A stretch of 64,000 nucleotides of DNA from Eledone cirrhosa. Taxonomy: Eukaryota. The position numbers were made by a program, and so were the translations under genes. The notes under the pieces are model-generated. The model was not told the DNA's origin and ran no database searches. It saw nothing but the letters and a program-made list of their open reading frames with translations. Location of the stretch: assembly GCA_964016885.1 (NCBI GenBank), contig OZ024740.1, positions 305,660,001 through 305,724,000 of the forward strand. Reading direction: 5' to 3'. Below are positions 15,311-27,670 of this stretch, in pieces (position 1 is the first letter of the stretch; every line of letters starts with the position of its first letter).

Positions 15311-15554
15311 CTATATACCATAGCAGACAACATCACTTTTCACAAGCCAGCTTGCAACTCTCTGTGCGGTCGATCGGTCTGCTAGAAATAGAAGCCAGAT
15401 CTCACTTAAATTTTACCCTGCAGTCTAAAAAGAAGGATGGACATATTGGATAATGTCATCCTAGATATATTGTATCTGAAAAAAGTAAGTCACAGCTGAA
15501 ACGTTTTTGATCATAGGTCTGCTTGATCAAGGCTGACTTGGAGATTTGGAGATA

Positions 15555-15643
<89 letters not shown>

Positions 15644-16863
15644 CGCCGCCACCAACACCAGCACCAGCACCACCATCACCAGCATCACCATCGCCACCAC
15701 CCCACCACCACCACCACCACAAACCACTACCACCACCACCACCACCACCACAAACCATCAGCACCACCACCACCACTACCACCACCACCACATCCACCGA
15801 CACCACCACCACCGCCGCCGCCACTACCACCACTACTATTTACATGTAAGGCGGCTATGAAAGTGATTTGGTTAAGAGACAATAACTTCTGACAAATAGC
15901 TTACTTTTTAAAGGTGAAGAGAAATTGTTGACTTTGGGCTTTTGCAATAAATATTTCCTTAAATGTATCTGTCATATCACTGTCGAATGAACAACGAAAA
16001 ATCTTACACTTGTAAAATATGTTTAAAATAAGAAATCGAATAGCGGAAGCAATCAAAACGGTCGCCTTCGGCTGAAAATTATGTCTTCTATTGTTTTTTT
16101 CTTTTTTAATGAACATTTTACAATATCTGAAGACTTAAAAAGCAAAAAATATTATCATTTAAGTGGCTGTGTAAAGTAAAAAAAAAAAAAAAAATAACAG
16201 AAAGGAAAAGAAATTAATTTTGAATAAAATTCAATATCAATTTTAATAAGAATTTAAATATTTATTTCCTAAAAGAAAAGAAACCGAGAAAATAGCAAAA
16301 TACGCTATGAATAAATAAACATTTCCAGAACAATAAATATAGAAATATAGGAATATAGAAGCGAAGTTGTAATTTATGTAGTAATAGATTTCTACAGTTG
16401 ACATATTGGCACTTTGCTGTCAGAAAATCGAATACCAATGAGACGCCGTTTTCATCTCATTTCACTTTCTAAAAAAGAAAGAAAAAGAAACAAAAAGGCT
16501 TCTTGTGAAAACATTTCTGCTGAGTGTTTAAGTCATTCTCACCGTTTCGTGGTTTCATCGTCCACTTATCCCTATCTAGACAGAAAATGTCATCGCCACG
16601 AGTGTAAGAAATAATTAAATAATGTCAATCCGGAGAAAAAGAAATGTAGAAGTGAAAGAAACCCACAGAGGCATATATTTTTGTATCTCAAAAACTGTTA
16701 CATGATTGTAAGAGAGCAACCACGAGAGCTATGAAGGTGACACACAGAGAAATATGTCAGACAAAAAAATGCATCATTTTTTACATTCTAAGAACAAATC
16801 CTGATGAAATCAACTTTGCCTTTTATCCTTCCGGGATTCATCAAATAATGGTTTCTGATAAAC

Positions 16864-17064
16864 CACAAGGCCAGCAATTTGTGGGGAATGGAAAGTCGAT
16901 TAGATCGACCGCAGTGCGTGACTGGCACTTTATTTTATCGACCCCGTAAGGATGAAAGGCAAAGTTAACCTCAGCGGGATTTGAACTCAGAACGTAAAGG
17001 GCCGTAACTCTTTGCTGCAAAGCATGGTGTCCGACTCTCTACCGATACTGCCTATTCACCGCCC
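16864..17064 (-). mobile_element. SINE (major family)
   Basis: Homology to 18710-18897. Confidence 0.85.
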
Positions 17065-17403
17065 TTGGATTCATCAAATAATAAATAATTAAATAGATAA
17101 ATACCAGTAGTATAATGAGGATAAATTGGTAGAGTCGGTATAGCCTAGGATAAAACGAATTGAAGTATTTGTTCCAGTTCCCTGTGCCCCTGAGTTGTAA
17201 TCATGTTTTGCTTTACATCCTTTCGGAGTCGATAAATATTAATCCAGGACGGTATATCTACTTCTTTTCCTGTCTTATTTCACGTTTGTATATGCATCAT
17301 TTATGCTAAATATACATAAATTATATTTAAAAAATCTTAACACACACATATATATGGTAGTGCTATTAATTTAGACATGGCCTGGGTCAATACTGGTCAA
17401 AAC

Positions 17404-17452
<49 letters not shown>

Positions 17453-17607
17453 AATTTTCGCTCTACATGCCTGAATACAATAAATGTAATCTGAGTTTTT
17501 CGAATATTAATAATAATATTCGATTCGTTTACAATTATGCAAAGAAGCTTCATTTTTAAAGCCATGTCAGTAGAATGAACACTTCATTCTTGCTCTTGTG
17601 TTGGCAT

Positions 17608-17673
17608 GTAAACAGAACTGCAGACACTAATGTTTCTGGGTATCACCCTTCATCAGTACAGCTCACTGTTCAC
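17608..17673 (-). ncRNA. Type I hammerhead ribozyme motif
   Basis: Minus strand gtgaacagtgagctgta CTGATGA aGGGTgatACCCa GAAA CAttagTG TC tgcagttctgtttac. Stem I agctgta/tgcagtt is extended by gtgaacag/ctgtttac; GUC cleavage triplet. Confidence 0.8.
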
Positions 17674-17929
17674 CTGCCAACTGTCAGAGCTAGTGAAAAT
17701 ATATGATATTTTCTAAAATATAAGTAACTGATCGGCCTGATTTGCATATTAGCAGACTGGCCGATCAGTCAGATCTGCATATTAGCAGATCCACTGATCA
17801 GCCGGATTTGCTTATCAGCAGACATTGATGCAGTCTCAGTTACCCAGTTTGTATATATATACAGATATAACTTTATCGTACACTTCAAGTTGGGAGTTAC
17901 CAGTTTCGACTAGTGAGATCAAGTTCAGC

Positions 17930-18346
17930 TAAGTACTCAATACTTAAGAAAGTAGAGAGTATATATTGTAAAATTGTAAATAGTTAGTGCCCGACGGCTA
18001 AGCCCCTGCTGCTTCGACGGCGAGTGGATAACTGCTAGACACTCACCGTCGAAAAGGTATGAGCTCTGCCGTCGGGCACTCAATATTTATGTGTGTGTGT
18101 GGGCGGGGGAGAGAGAGAGAGTCTGTGGTGCTGAGACCAAGGAGACCACTAATTATGGATATATCAGGATTAAGCCAGTATTAAACTAGTTAGATCATTA
18201 TTCAACTCGGAAGAGTAGAGTGTGACTACCTTAGAAAGAGTCGGGACCCGACGGCTGAGTCTTTTCCGCTTCAACAGCTAGTTCCATGAGTCTTGGACTA
18301 GCTGTTGAAACGGTAAGAGCCCACCCGTCAGGCACTGGCTCTTTCT
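17930..18346 (-). mobile_element. Two older family-A-related fold-back elements
   Basis: Imperfect hairpins at 17986-18080 and 18233-18346 have the GAAA..GTC-ggg arrangement, each with a tail on the left. Confidence 0.5.
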
Positions 18347-18363
18347 GATATATATATATTATA

Positions 18364-18466
18364 TCCCGAGGTTAACTTTGCCTTTCATCCTTACGGGGTC
18401 GATAAAATAAAGTACCAGTAATGTACTGGTTAATTGCTGGCCTTGTGCCAAAAGTAGAAACAATTA
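18364..18466 (+). mobile_element. SINE (major family, 5'-truncated)
   Basis: 3' half of the family consensus. Confidence 0.8.
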
Positions 18467-18564
18467 TATATTAGAAGGAAATCATCAGGAAAGCCGAGAT
18501 GAGTACCCTATTTACTGTGGTTACACCCAATTAAACCCGACACAGACACAAACACACACACACT

Positions 18565-18612
<48 letters not shown>

Positions 18613-18709
18613 CTAACTTTGTAAAAGTTATTCTACGTATAATACTTTATAATACTTTATGTCGTATTTTTAGCTCAGTTCCTCAGTGACAAATAACTTT
18701 CTGTTTAAT

Positions 18710-18897
18710 AATTGTTTCTACTTTTGGCACAAGGCCAGCAATTACCCAGTACACTACTGGTACTTTATTTTATCGACCCCGTAAGGATGAAAGGCAAAGT
18801 TAACCTCGACGGGATTTGAACTCAAACCGTAAAGGGACGTAACTATGCTAGAAAGCATGGCGTCCAACCCTCTACTGATACTGCCAATTCACCGCCC
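18710..18897 (-). mobile_element. Full-length tRNA-derived SINE (major family) with TSD
   Basis: Head with A-box TGGCAGTATCAGTAG and B-box GTTCAAATC; central tttgcctttcatccttacggggtcgataaaataaagtaccag domain; TSD tttctgtttaataattg at 18698-18714 and 18898-18914. Confidence 0.9.
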
Positions 18898-19047
18898 TTT
18901 CTGTTTAATAATTGCTACTCTTTTATGGTTGACTTGATTGATGTTATATATATATATATATCTGCTATGTCTAGCGGTATTTATACTCGTCTCTGTCCTG
19001 TGTACAAATATTCTCTTGTTTCTTGATCTACGTGTGAATATCTACAC

Positions 19048-19154
19048 CAGGCATGGGCAACTTTTTCGAGCAGTGGGCCGCATAGGATATGGCTTATTTG
19101 GAGGCGGGCCGCACTACTAAAAAATAAAAGGCAATTTTAGTTTGCCCATGACTG
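19048..19154. mobile_element. hAT-type MITE, 107 bp
   Basis: TIRs CAGGCATGGGCAA / TTGCCCATGACTG; perfect 8-bp TSD ATCTACAC (19040-19047 and 19155-19162). Confidence 0.85.
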
Positions 19155-19477
19155 ATCTACACGGTGCCGGAAAGACGGTTGTTCCATCCACTAACAGGTA
19201 GATATCTAATTATACTTTCAAATAAGCCATCTGATGATTCCGAATGTCTTGAATATTGTCCATTGTATATAATGGAATGGCCATTATTTTCTTATCGGTT
19301 GAAAGAGCGGTAATGGTGAAATAAACGGTAGAGCAGGCTTATTTTAGGTTGCTCTACTAGGAACCTCCCATAACTAACTTTGTAAAAGTTATTTTATATA
19401 TGTATATAATTCTCTAAGTGGTATTTTTAGCCATCATTTCTTGAGATTGTCAGTGCATCAGTGACAAATAACCTTAT

Positions 19478-19511
<34 letters not shown>

Positions 19512-19584
19512 CAAGGGCGGTGCCCCAGCATAGCCTCAGCCGGATGGCTGGAACAGGTAAAAGAGTAAAAGAGTAAATATATAT

Positions 19585-19841
<257 letters not shown>

Positions 19842-19944
19842 GTTGCGACAGTAAACAAAAATCAAAAAACAACGTGGAAGCGAAGAGGCAGTACAAATGT
19901 TAATATTAGTTTCACGCTTGAGAGTGAGGGGTGGGGGGGGGGGA

Positions 19945-19974
19945 CAACGTTTCGGGCATAAGCCCTTCTTCAGG
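19945..19974 (-). ncRNA. Minimal Penelope-type hammerhead core (stem I weak)
   Basis: Minus strand c CTGAAGA aGGGCttatGCCC GAAACGTT g, with palindromic AACGTT stem III. Only 1 bp of stem I remains. Lies in a PLE-like 3' region (~19845-20260) ending at (TA)n. Confidence 0.6.
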
Positions 19975-20334
19975 AGAAAAGTGGGCAGGAAAAGAGTTCC
20001 GAGGGTGTGAGGGGGAGTGATGGCAAGACATTAAAAAAAGGGGGGGGGAGGAAAACATTTTTTTTAGAGGGTAAAAAAATTAAAATGTAACAAGTAGTGA
20101 AAGGGTGGGAGGCGTGTAGGGGTGGTGGTGGGTGGAGACGGGAGAGGGAGACGGGGGGTCCGAGCTGGGAGGGCTGAAGGTGGTGTGTGTGTATGCGTGT
20201 AGATGTACGTGTTTGTGTGTGTGTGTGTGTGTGTGGATGTGAATGTGAGAGTTGGGGGAAGAACGAGGTTCCATGATATATGAGTTCAGAACTAGCTGTC
20301 GAAACGGCCGGAGCTCAGCCGGGGTCCTGAATAT

Positions 20335-20416
<82 letters not shown>

Positions 20417-20444
20417 AAACACACACACACATATATATATATAT

Positions 20445-20584
20445 AACGGAGGAAGTGTGGTAAGGAACCAGTTGGACAATAACTCATCAGAGTACTCAAT
20501 ACTTAGGGTAGTAGAGTGGGCAATAGGAAAAGAGTCAGGACCCCAACGGCTGAGCTCCGGCCGTTTCGACAGCTAGACCTGAAC
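20445..20584 (-). mobile_element. Family A element
   Basis: Minus strand ctagctgtc GAAA cggc..gccg TT ggggtc plus the family A tail. A plus-strand fragment of the same core lies at 20281-20332. Confidence 0.62.
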
Positions 20585-20689
20585 ATACATGCGTGTGTGT
20601 GTGTCTGTGTGTGTGCGTGTGTCTGTGTGTTTGTGTGTGTGCGTGTGTATCAGTGATAAATAACCTTCGGTATGATATATTTGTATATG

Positions 20690-20850
<161 letters not shown>

Positions 20851-20888
20851 CATATATATATGTATATATATATATATATATACATATA

Positions 20889-20967
<79 letters not shown>

Positions 20968-21297
20968 TATAAACAGTTATCTATCTCTAATATATTAAAT
21001 ATATTAATAAATTATCAACTCGGAGAAACAATTAAACATTAAACTTAAGCCAAAATTCAGATTGAGGAGGGGAGGGTATAAGTTAGACGGATTAAAGTAA
21101 GTCATTTTTACTCGTATATTCCCCAAACATGATATATATATACTGATATTTTGTAACTAACCTTACATAGATCAATAACGGAGTATAGCTACAATGTATT
21201 ATCATCACCTAGAAACGATCGTAAAGCAGTGAAGTATATCTCTAATGACTTGATTTTTTATTTCATTGTTTTAACTTATATATATATATATATATAT

Positions 21298-21344
21298 ATT
21301 CCTGATGATTTCTAAAGAATGAAACAGTTCTAGTCCTGTAGAAT
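21298..21344 (+). ncRNA. Type I hammerhead ribozyme motif (family B), 5'-truncated into (TA)n
   Basis: attc CTGATGA tTTCTaaAGAAt GAAA CAG ttctagtc CTG TA gaat. The element runs to ~21430 (...ccggaataacgta) and abuts (TA)n on both sides. Confidence 0.75.
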
Positions 21345-21487
21345 CTCATCTATATTAAAACTTTTATACTCTGCAATGTATTGAGTACTTTACTTACTGT
21401 GGTTACCTCCGATTCAACCCGGAATAACGTACATATATATATATATATATATGTACGTATATATATATGTACATATATATATCTATA

Positions 21488-21526
<39 letters not shown>

Positions 21527-21682
21527 GTATATATATATATATAGTCTACGATTCTGAGACCAGGGAGACCACTAATCTATGTCCCCCCCCCCCCCCCCCA
21601 TATAACTCCGGTAGCTGTTTTTCTTTCTATTTCTGAGACAAATCACTATATCACTCCTTCTTCTTCTTCATCTGCTTCTGCT

Positions 21683-21711
21683 ACTGCCGCCGCCGCTGCT
21701 GCTGCTGCTGC

Positions 21712-21747
<36 letters not shown>

Positions 21748-21841
21748 CACCACCACCACCACTACTACTACTACTACTACCACCACCACCACCACCACCA
21801 CTACTATCACTACTACCACCACCACCACCACCACCACCTCC

Positions 21842-21918
<77 letters not shown>

Positions 21919-21939
21919 CACAACACCACCACCACCTCC

Positions 21940-21998
<59 letters not shown>

Positions 21999-22070
21999 CA
22001 CAACACCACCACCACCATCACCACCACCACCACTACTACTACTACTATTACTACCACCACCACCACCACC

Positions 22071-22115
<45 letters not shown>

Positions 22116-22158
22116 CACCACCACCACCACCACCACCACCACCACCACCACCACCACC

Positions 22159-22214
<56 letters not shown>

Positions 22215-22233
22215 CACCACCACCACCACCACC

Positions 22234-22296
<63 letters not shown>

Positions 22297-22315
22297 TCCA
22301 CCACCACCACCACCT

Positions 22316-22373
<58 letters not shown>

Positions 22374-22438
22374 CACCGCCACCACTACTATCACTACTAC
22401 CACCACCACCACCACCACCACCACCACCACCACCACCT

Positions 22439-22523
<85 letters not shown>

Positions 22524-22578
22524 CACCACCACCACCACCACCACCACCACCACCACCACCACCACCACCACTACTACC
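21683..22578. repeat. Compound (CTA)n/(CCA)n trinucleotide array
   Basis: Visible directly. Confidence 0.95.
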
Positions 22579-22789
22579 TGGTGCTGTTAATGTAATCCCT
22601 TGTTGACTTCTCATCGTGGCTGTAATCTCCTTCTCACCCTCTTCCCTCCCCACACTCTCCCCTACCACCGACATCTGTAATCCCCTCTCTTCTAACTCTC
22701 CTTTCTCTTACACCTTCTATAGCTTCTGCTCTCATTACAGCTGTAGATTCTCACCGAAACATTCTACGCTCTTAGTCTTGCCCTCACCC

Positions 22790-22885
<96 letters not shown>

Positions 22886-22915
22886 ATATATGTATGTATG
22901 TACGTATATATATAT

Positions 22916-23085
22916 AGGAAAATATTTAACCCCGACCGCAGAGCTCAAGCCGTTTCGACGGCTATATCTTGAGCTCTGCCGTCGGGGTTAAACATTTTCC
23001 TATTACCCACTCTACTACCCTAAGTATTGAGTACTCATGTGCGTTATGGTCCATCTGGTTCCTTACCACACTTCCTTCCTTCGTT
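22916..23085 (+). mobile_element. Fold-back half-hammerhead element (family A)
   Basis: Inverted arm plus tail homologous to 43534-43729, with an internal deletion. It starts at (TA)n and ends at a SINE. Confidence 0.65.
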
Positions 23086-23273
23086 GTGAATTGGCAGTAT
23101 CGGTAGAGGGTTGGCCGCCATGCTTTCTAGCATAATTACGTCCCTTTACGGTCTGAGTTCAAATCCCGCCGAGGTTAACTTAGCCTTTCATCCTTACGGG
23201 GTCGATAAAATAAAGTACCAGTAATATACTTACTGGGTAATTGCTGGCCCTGTGCCAAAAAGTAGAAACAGTT
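23086..23273 (+). mobile_element. SINE (major family)
   Basis: Homology to 18710-18897. Confidence 0.87.
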
Positions 23274-23324
23274 ATATATATATATATAGTCGAACATTGC
23301 AAACTTGACTGTCACCACTGAATA

Positions 23325-23363
23325 TGAACCTGAAGATTGCGAAAGCATGAAAGTACTTGTTCA
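23325..23363 (+). ncRNA. Minimal type I hammerhead motif (family D)
   Basis: TGAAC CTGAAGA tTGCgaaaGCAt GAAAGTACTT GTTCA: 5-bp stem I, GNRA-capped stem II, palindromic AAGTACTT stem III, CUU triplet. Confidence 0.75.
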
Positions 23364-23427
23364 ATTAACATTTAACACTTAATATTCTACCATACTATTT
23401 CATTATAATATCATTATTTCTAGCATA

Positions 23428-23546
23428 CGATCTGATTTCAAATCCCGCCGAGATTAACTTTGCCTTTCATCCTTACGGGGTCGATAAAATAAAGTACCAG
23501 TAATGTACTGAGTAATTGGTGGCCTTGTGCCAAAAGTAAAAATAAT
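23428..23546 (+). mobile_element. SINE (5'-truncated) inserted into the family D HHR element
   Basis: SINE homology; it interrupts sequence that is continuous in the 44910-45085 copy. Confidence 0.8.
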
Positions 23547-23785
23547 TGTAATTTTACAGGATTGTAAATAAAACGAGTAAATCAGACACAGTTGGAATAA
23601 GCGATACTCCGACCAACTCCATCTCACTCAACAAACATTAGGATATACCTAAGTATTATCCCAATTTAGTGTTTGGGGTGCTAACTAATCAGTATTTCGT
23701 GGATAGCTGGTTACTAATCAGTATTTCGTGGATAGCTGGTTGTATTATTTTATATGAGACATTATTAAATAAATATCTCCTTCTT

Positions 23786-23909
23786 TCCAGACGGCCGTTT
23801 CGTTATAAGATTTCTACAATTTGGGATAAATAATTTCCAGGTTATGTAGAAACTTGTATATAATCCATAGTTTTATACACAAGTGGGCTCTTATAAACTC
23901 ATCAGTGGA
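23786..23909 (-). ncRNA. Type I hammerhead with long branched stem II
   Basis: Minus strand TCCA CTGATGA GTTTATAAGA-[two hairpins]-TCTTATAAC GAAA CGGCCG TC TGGA. Internal hairpins are 23811-23852 and 23852-23884. Confidence 0.7.
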
Positions 23910-24149
23910 TGCCCAAATAATATCGATATAAGAATTATATCGACATTAATAAAACGGTGATGGTCTCCCTCAACGCTAAGAAGAGACTGGTAGATTAGAA
24001 AATCCAGCAGTCCTCCCAAAGATAAAATACACGCTGTCCCCAAAAGGGTAAAGGGAGGTCATCTTAAAATAAAACAATATACACGCTAGTCATTTAAACC
24101 TGTTAGGTATTAACCACGTGTATAAGAACTCAATTGGATATTAAAATAA

Positions 24150-24328
24150 TAACTGTTTCTACTTGAGGCACAAGGCCAGCAATTACCCAGTTCATTACTG
24201 GTACTTTATTTTATCGACCCCGTAAGGATGAAAGGCAAAGTCAACCTCGGCGGGATTTGAACTCAGATCGTAAAGGGACGTAACTATGCTGGAAAGCATG
24301 GCGTCCGACCCTCTACCGATACTGCCAA
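24150..24328 (-). mobile_element. SINE (major family)
   Basis: Homology to 18710-18897. Confidence 0.87.
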
Positions 24329-24373
24329 TGTATACACAACCAATGCACACACAGAGATATTAAAACATAATAA

Positions 24374-24423
<50 letters not shown>

Positions 24424-24523
24424 ATATGTATATATATAAATATAGGTATATATATTCACATATATATGTATATACATATATATATATATGCATACGTATA
24501 TATATACTTATGTGTGTATATAA

Positions 24524-24650
<127 letters not shown>

Positions 24651-24657
24651 ATATTAT

Positions 24658-25200
24658 GTCAGGTCACCAGTTGGTGCTACTGGTAACATGTATCCCAGTA
24701 CAACCTGTCTCATGGTCGGGTCGTTGGCGACTAAACTGGCAACCCTACCAAGGTTTCTTGGTGAGGAGGGTGACTTTGGACATCCTGCAGGACTAAAAAC
24801 AAAACCTGTCAAAGGGCAAGGGAGCTCTTAAGACTCAATAGCCATCCAAAATCACCGGGAGAGATGACCCCTTAGTCTTTGTCAAGGCAGAATTCTAGGA
24901 GAAGGAAAACTCTGATATAACACCTGCAACCCTGATGGTATCCAATGATGTTGACTTGTTCTTCTTTTTGGTAAATATCATCTTGGTTAAGAGAGTGGGA
25001 CTGGCTTTGTGCAGTGCCTTTGCTCACTATAAAAGCTTCACAGCACAGGCATTGCTTTATATCTGGAGATCTCTCTGCACTTGTCATCACATGGTACCAT
25101 GGGCCCTGCACTATGTGTCAATAATGGTCACAAGTGTAGTCTTTGTACCAGAGTTTTCAAGTCGCTGGCTGGACTAAAAAGTCACATTCGTTCAGCGCAT
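24658..25200 (+). mobile_element. Interspersed repeat, probable LINE 5' region
   Basis: Homologous to 5237-5560 (+) and ~9060-9400 (-), sharing ctactggta.catgta.cccagtacaacc.gtctcatggtcgggtcgt.g.gactaaac. Confidence 0.55.
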
Positions 25201-25263
25201 CGGTAGGGGTTCTCCTACATGGATATAAAGTAGTGGCCGTACTCGAAAACGAGTTGGCAGCCA

Positions 25264-25437
<174 letters not shown>

Positions 25438-25696
25438 GTGTGTGTGTGTGTGTGTACTTTTACTAAGGTCGGTTTTGGGGGCTGCTTCACCTATCTACAC
25501 TGACTTTCTTTAATTTCTCCCTTTACATTGATCAATGTCTCTCTTTCTTTCTCTCGAAGTACAGATACACACACGTATATACAACACACACACACACAAA
25601 TACACACAGACACATACACATACACCATATTCCTCTCAAAATATATCTGAAATGTATCGTTAAGTAAACTCTTTAAAAGGCCTCCTTAAACGAGTT

Positions 25697-26104
25697 TGGA
25701 TTGGCAGTATCGGTAGAGGGTCGGACACCATGCTTTGAAGCATAGAGTTACGTCTCTTTATGATCTGTGTTCAAATCCCGCCGAGGTTAACTTTGCCTTT
25801 CATCCTTACGGGGTCGATAAAATAAGGTACCAGTAATGTACTGAGTAATTGCTGGCCTTGTGCCTAAAATAGAAACAATTATTTCCTCTCCATCAAGACG
25901 TTGGTTCTCGTTTTTGTATCCATTTTTAGAGTGGTGGATTGACAGTATGGGTAGAGCGTCAGACAACATGCTTTGCTGCATGGAGTTATGGCCCTTTAGG
26001 GTCTGAGTTCAAATCCCACCGAGATTAACTTTACCTTTCATCGTTACGGAGTCGATAAAATAAAGCCACCAGTCACACACTGAGTAAATTGCTGGCCTTG
26101 TGCC
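25697..26104 (+). mobile_element. Two neighbouring SINEs (25697-25880, 25931-26104)
   Basis: Homology to 18710-18897. Confidence 0.85.
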
Positions 26105-26355
26105 TTGGACTAACTAAACACAAACATTAAAATAAATATATATAATGTCTGTATACTACAAATCTACTTTAATGTATATACTTTAAATTGTTTGTAGTCA
26201 GTCCATAATATATATATATCAGTGGCGAAGGGTAACCTGGAAAGCAGGCCATGCAGCCCAGTTGCCATGGCGGAAAGTGGGGCTGTGCAGCCTTACCCCC
26301 CTCCTCCCAATTCCCTCTAAATGACCCTCCCAGTCAAAGCCGCATGTAGTGTTAT

Positions 26356-26389
<34 letters not shown>

Positions 26390-26457
26390 CTTTTTATGTG
26401 TCTACGATTTAGTAGGCAGTCAAAATTCTTCTTGCCCCAAAGCTGTCGTGTGTGTGT

Positions 26458-26489
<32 letters not shown>

Positions 26490-26623
26490 TTGTGTGTTAT
26501 CTTTTTTTTGTGTCTATACGTTTTAGTAAGCAGCCAAAATTGCTTCAACCGACGCAATTGATCAACTCAAGATTCAATAACGCATGCACTGCATGCGTTG
26601 CATGCACGGACCCTTCGCCCCTG

Positions 26624-26655
<32 letters not shown>

Positions 26656-26656
<1 letters not shown>

Positions 26657-26795
26657 AGAAAAGAGACAGGACCTCGACGGCTGAGCTTCGGCCGTTTTGA
26701 CAGCTAGATCTTTTCCTATTACCCACTCTACTACTTTAAGTATTGAGTGCTCTGGTGCGTTATGGTCCACCTGGTATTTTACCACACCCTCTTTG

Positions 26796-26800
<5 letters not shown>
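26656..26800 (+). mobile_element. Family A element (inverted arm joined to tail)
   Basis: Homology to the family A inverted arm and tail; between (TA)n tracts. Confidence 0.6.
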
Positions 26801-26844
<44 letters not shown>

Positions 26845-26889
26845 ATACAGTATATTAATAAATGGAAACTATATTTATAAAACCATAAT

Positions 26890-26955
26890 TATTTTATTAT
26901 ATATATTTCAAGGACGACCAAGGTAAATTATGGTGCGCTTTCATCAGATAAAATA
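26890..26955 (-). ncRNA. Type I hammerhead motif (family C)
   Basis: Minus strand TATTTTAT CTGATGA aagcgcacca..tggtcgtcctt GAAA TATATA TA ATAAAATA, with an 8-bp stem I. Lies in element ~26848-27145. Confidence 0.72.
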
Positions 26956-27147
26956 CAGATTTGTTTTATAAATAAATATTGACATACCCGGAAAAAAGAC
27001 AACCTCAACGGTTGAAATTCGCTGAATAAATATAGTTTCCATTTATTAATATATTGTATATTTACTCTACTAACTTGTTGAGTGGTTTATATCAGTTATA
27101 AAATATTTTAAAAGCTTGTTGAATCCCAACAAATTAAATATAACCTC

Positions 27148-27181
<34 letters not shown>

Positions 27182-27670
27182 GACAAATTTAAACAGGGAC
27201 AGAACAGAGAGGCAGTACAATAAATGTTTATTAAATTCACATATATAAACGTCGTGTGTGAAACTCGAATTTTTGAACTTACTAAGCGCCGAGGAAATTA
27301 TTTTATTTATAAGATATAGGTAGGTGAGACGCAGCAAACTGTAATTACAGTTCGTTGCTATAACATAGTTATTTTATAGTAACTGATTGCAATTGTAGTT
27401 ATTTTCTGCGCCCGGGCTTCCTATCTCTTCTTATAAATGTGTGTGTTCGTGTGTTTATGTCTCGGAATTTAGTGCTTCGACAAATGAGATCTATAAAATA
27501 AATCTGGGACTTATTTTATCGATCTTTGTTTACTAGGGTCAATATGATCGACCGAATTCCTTCAAGTTCCTGCGCCGGTATGGGCGCAGACTAATGACTG
27601 AAACAGGTAAAATAATAACAATTTATAATTAAATAAATATAAACACACACTCACTTATAAGATAAACTCT

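Noticed and set aside
18710-18897. SINE heads as tRNA genes
   Set aside because: A and B boxes are present but there is no cloverleaf; they continue into SINE body and have TSDs.
19231-19260. CTGATGA occurrences at 19231, 9921, 16801, 44080 and 52331
   Set aside because: No correctly placed stem II, GAAA or stem I.
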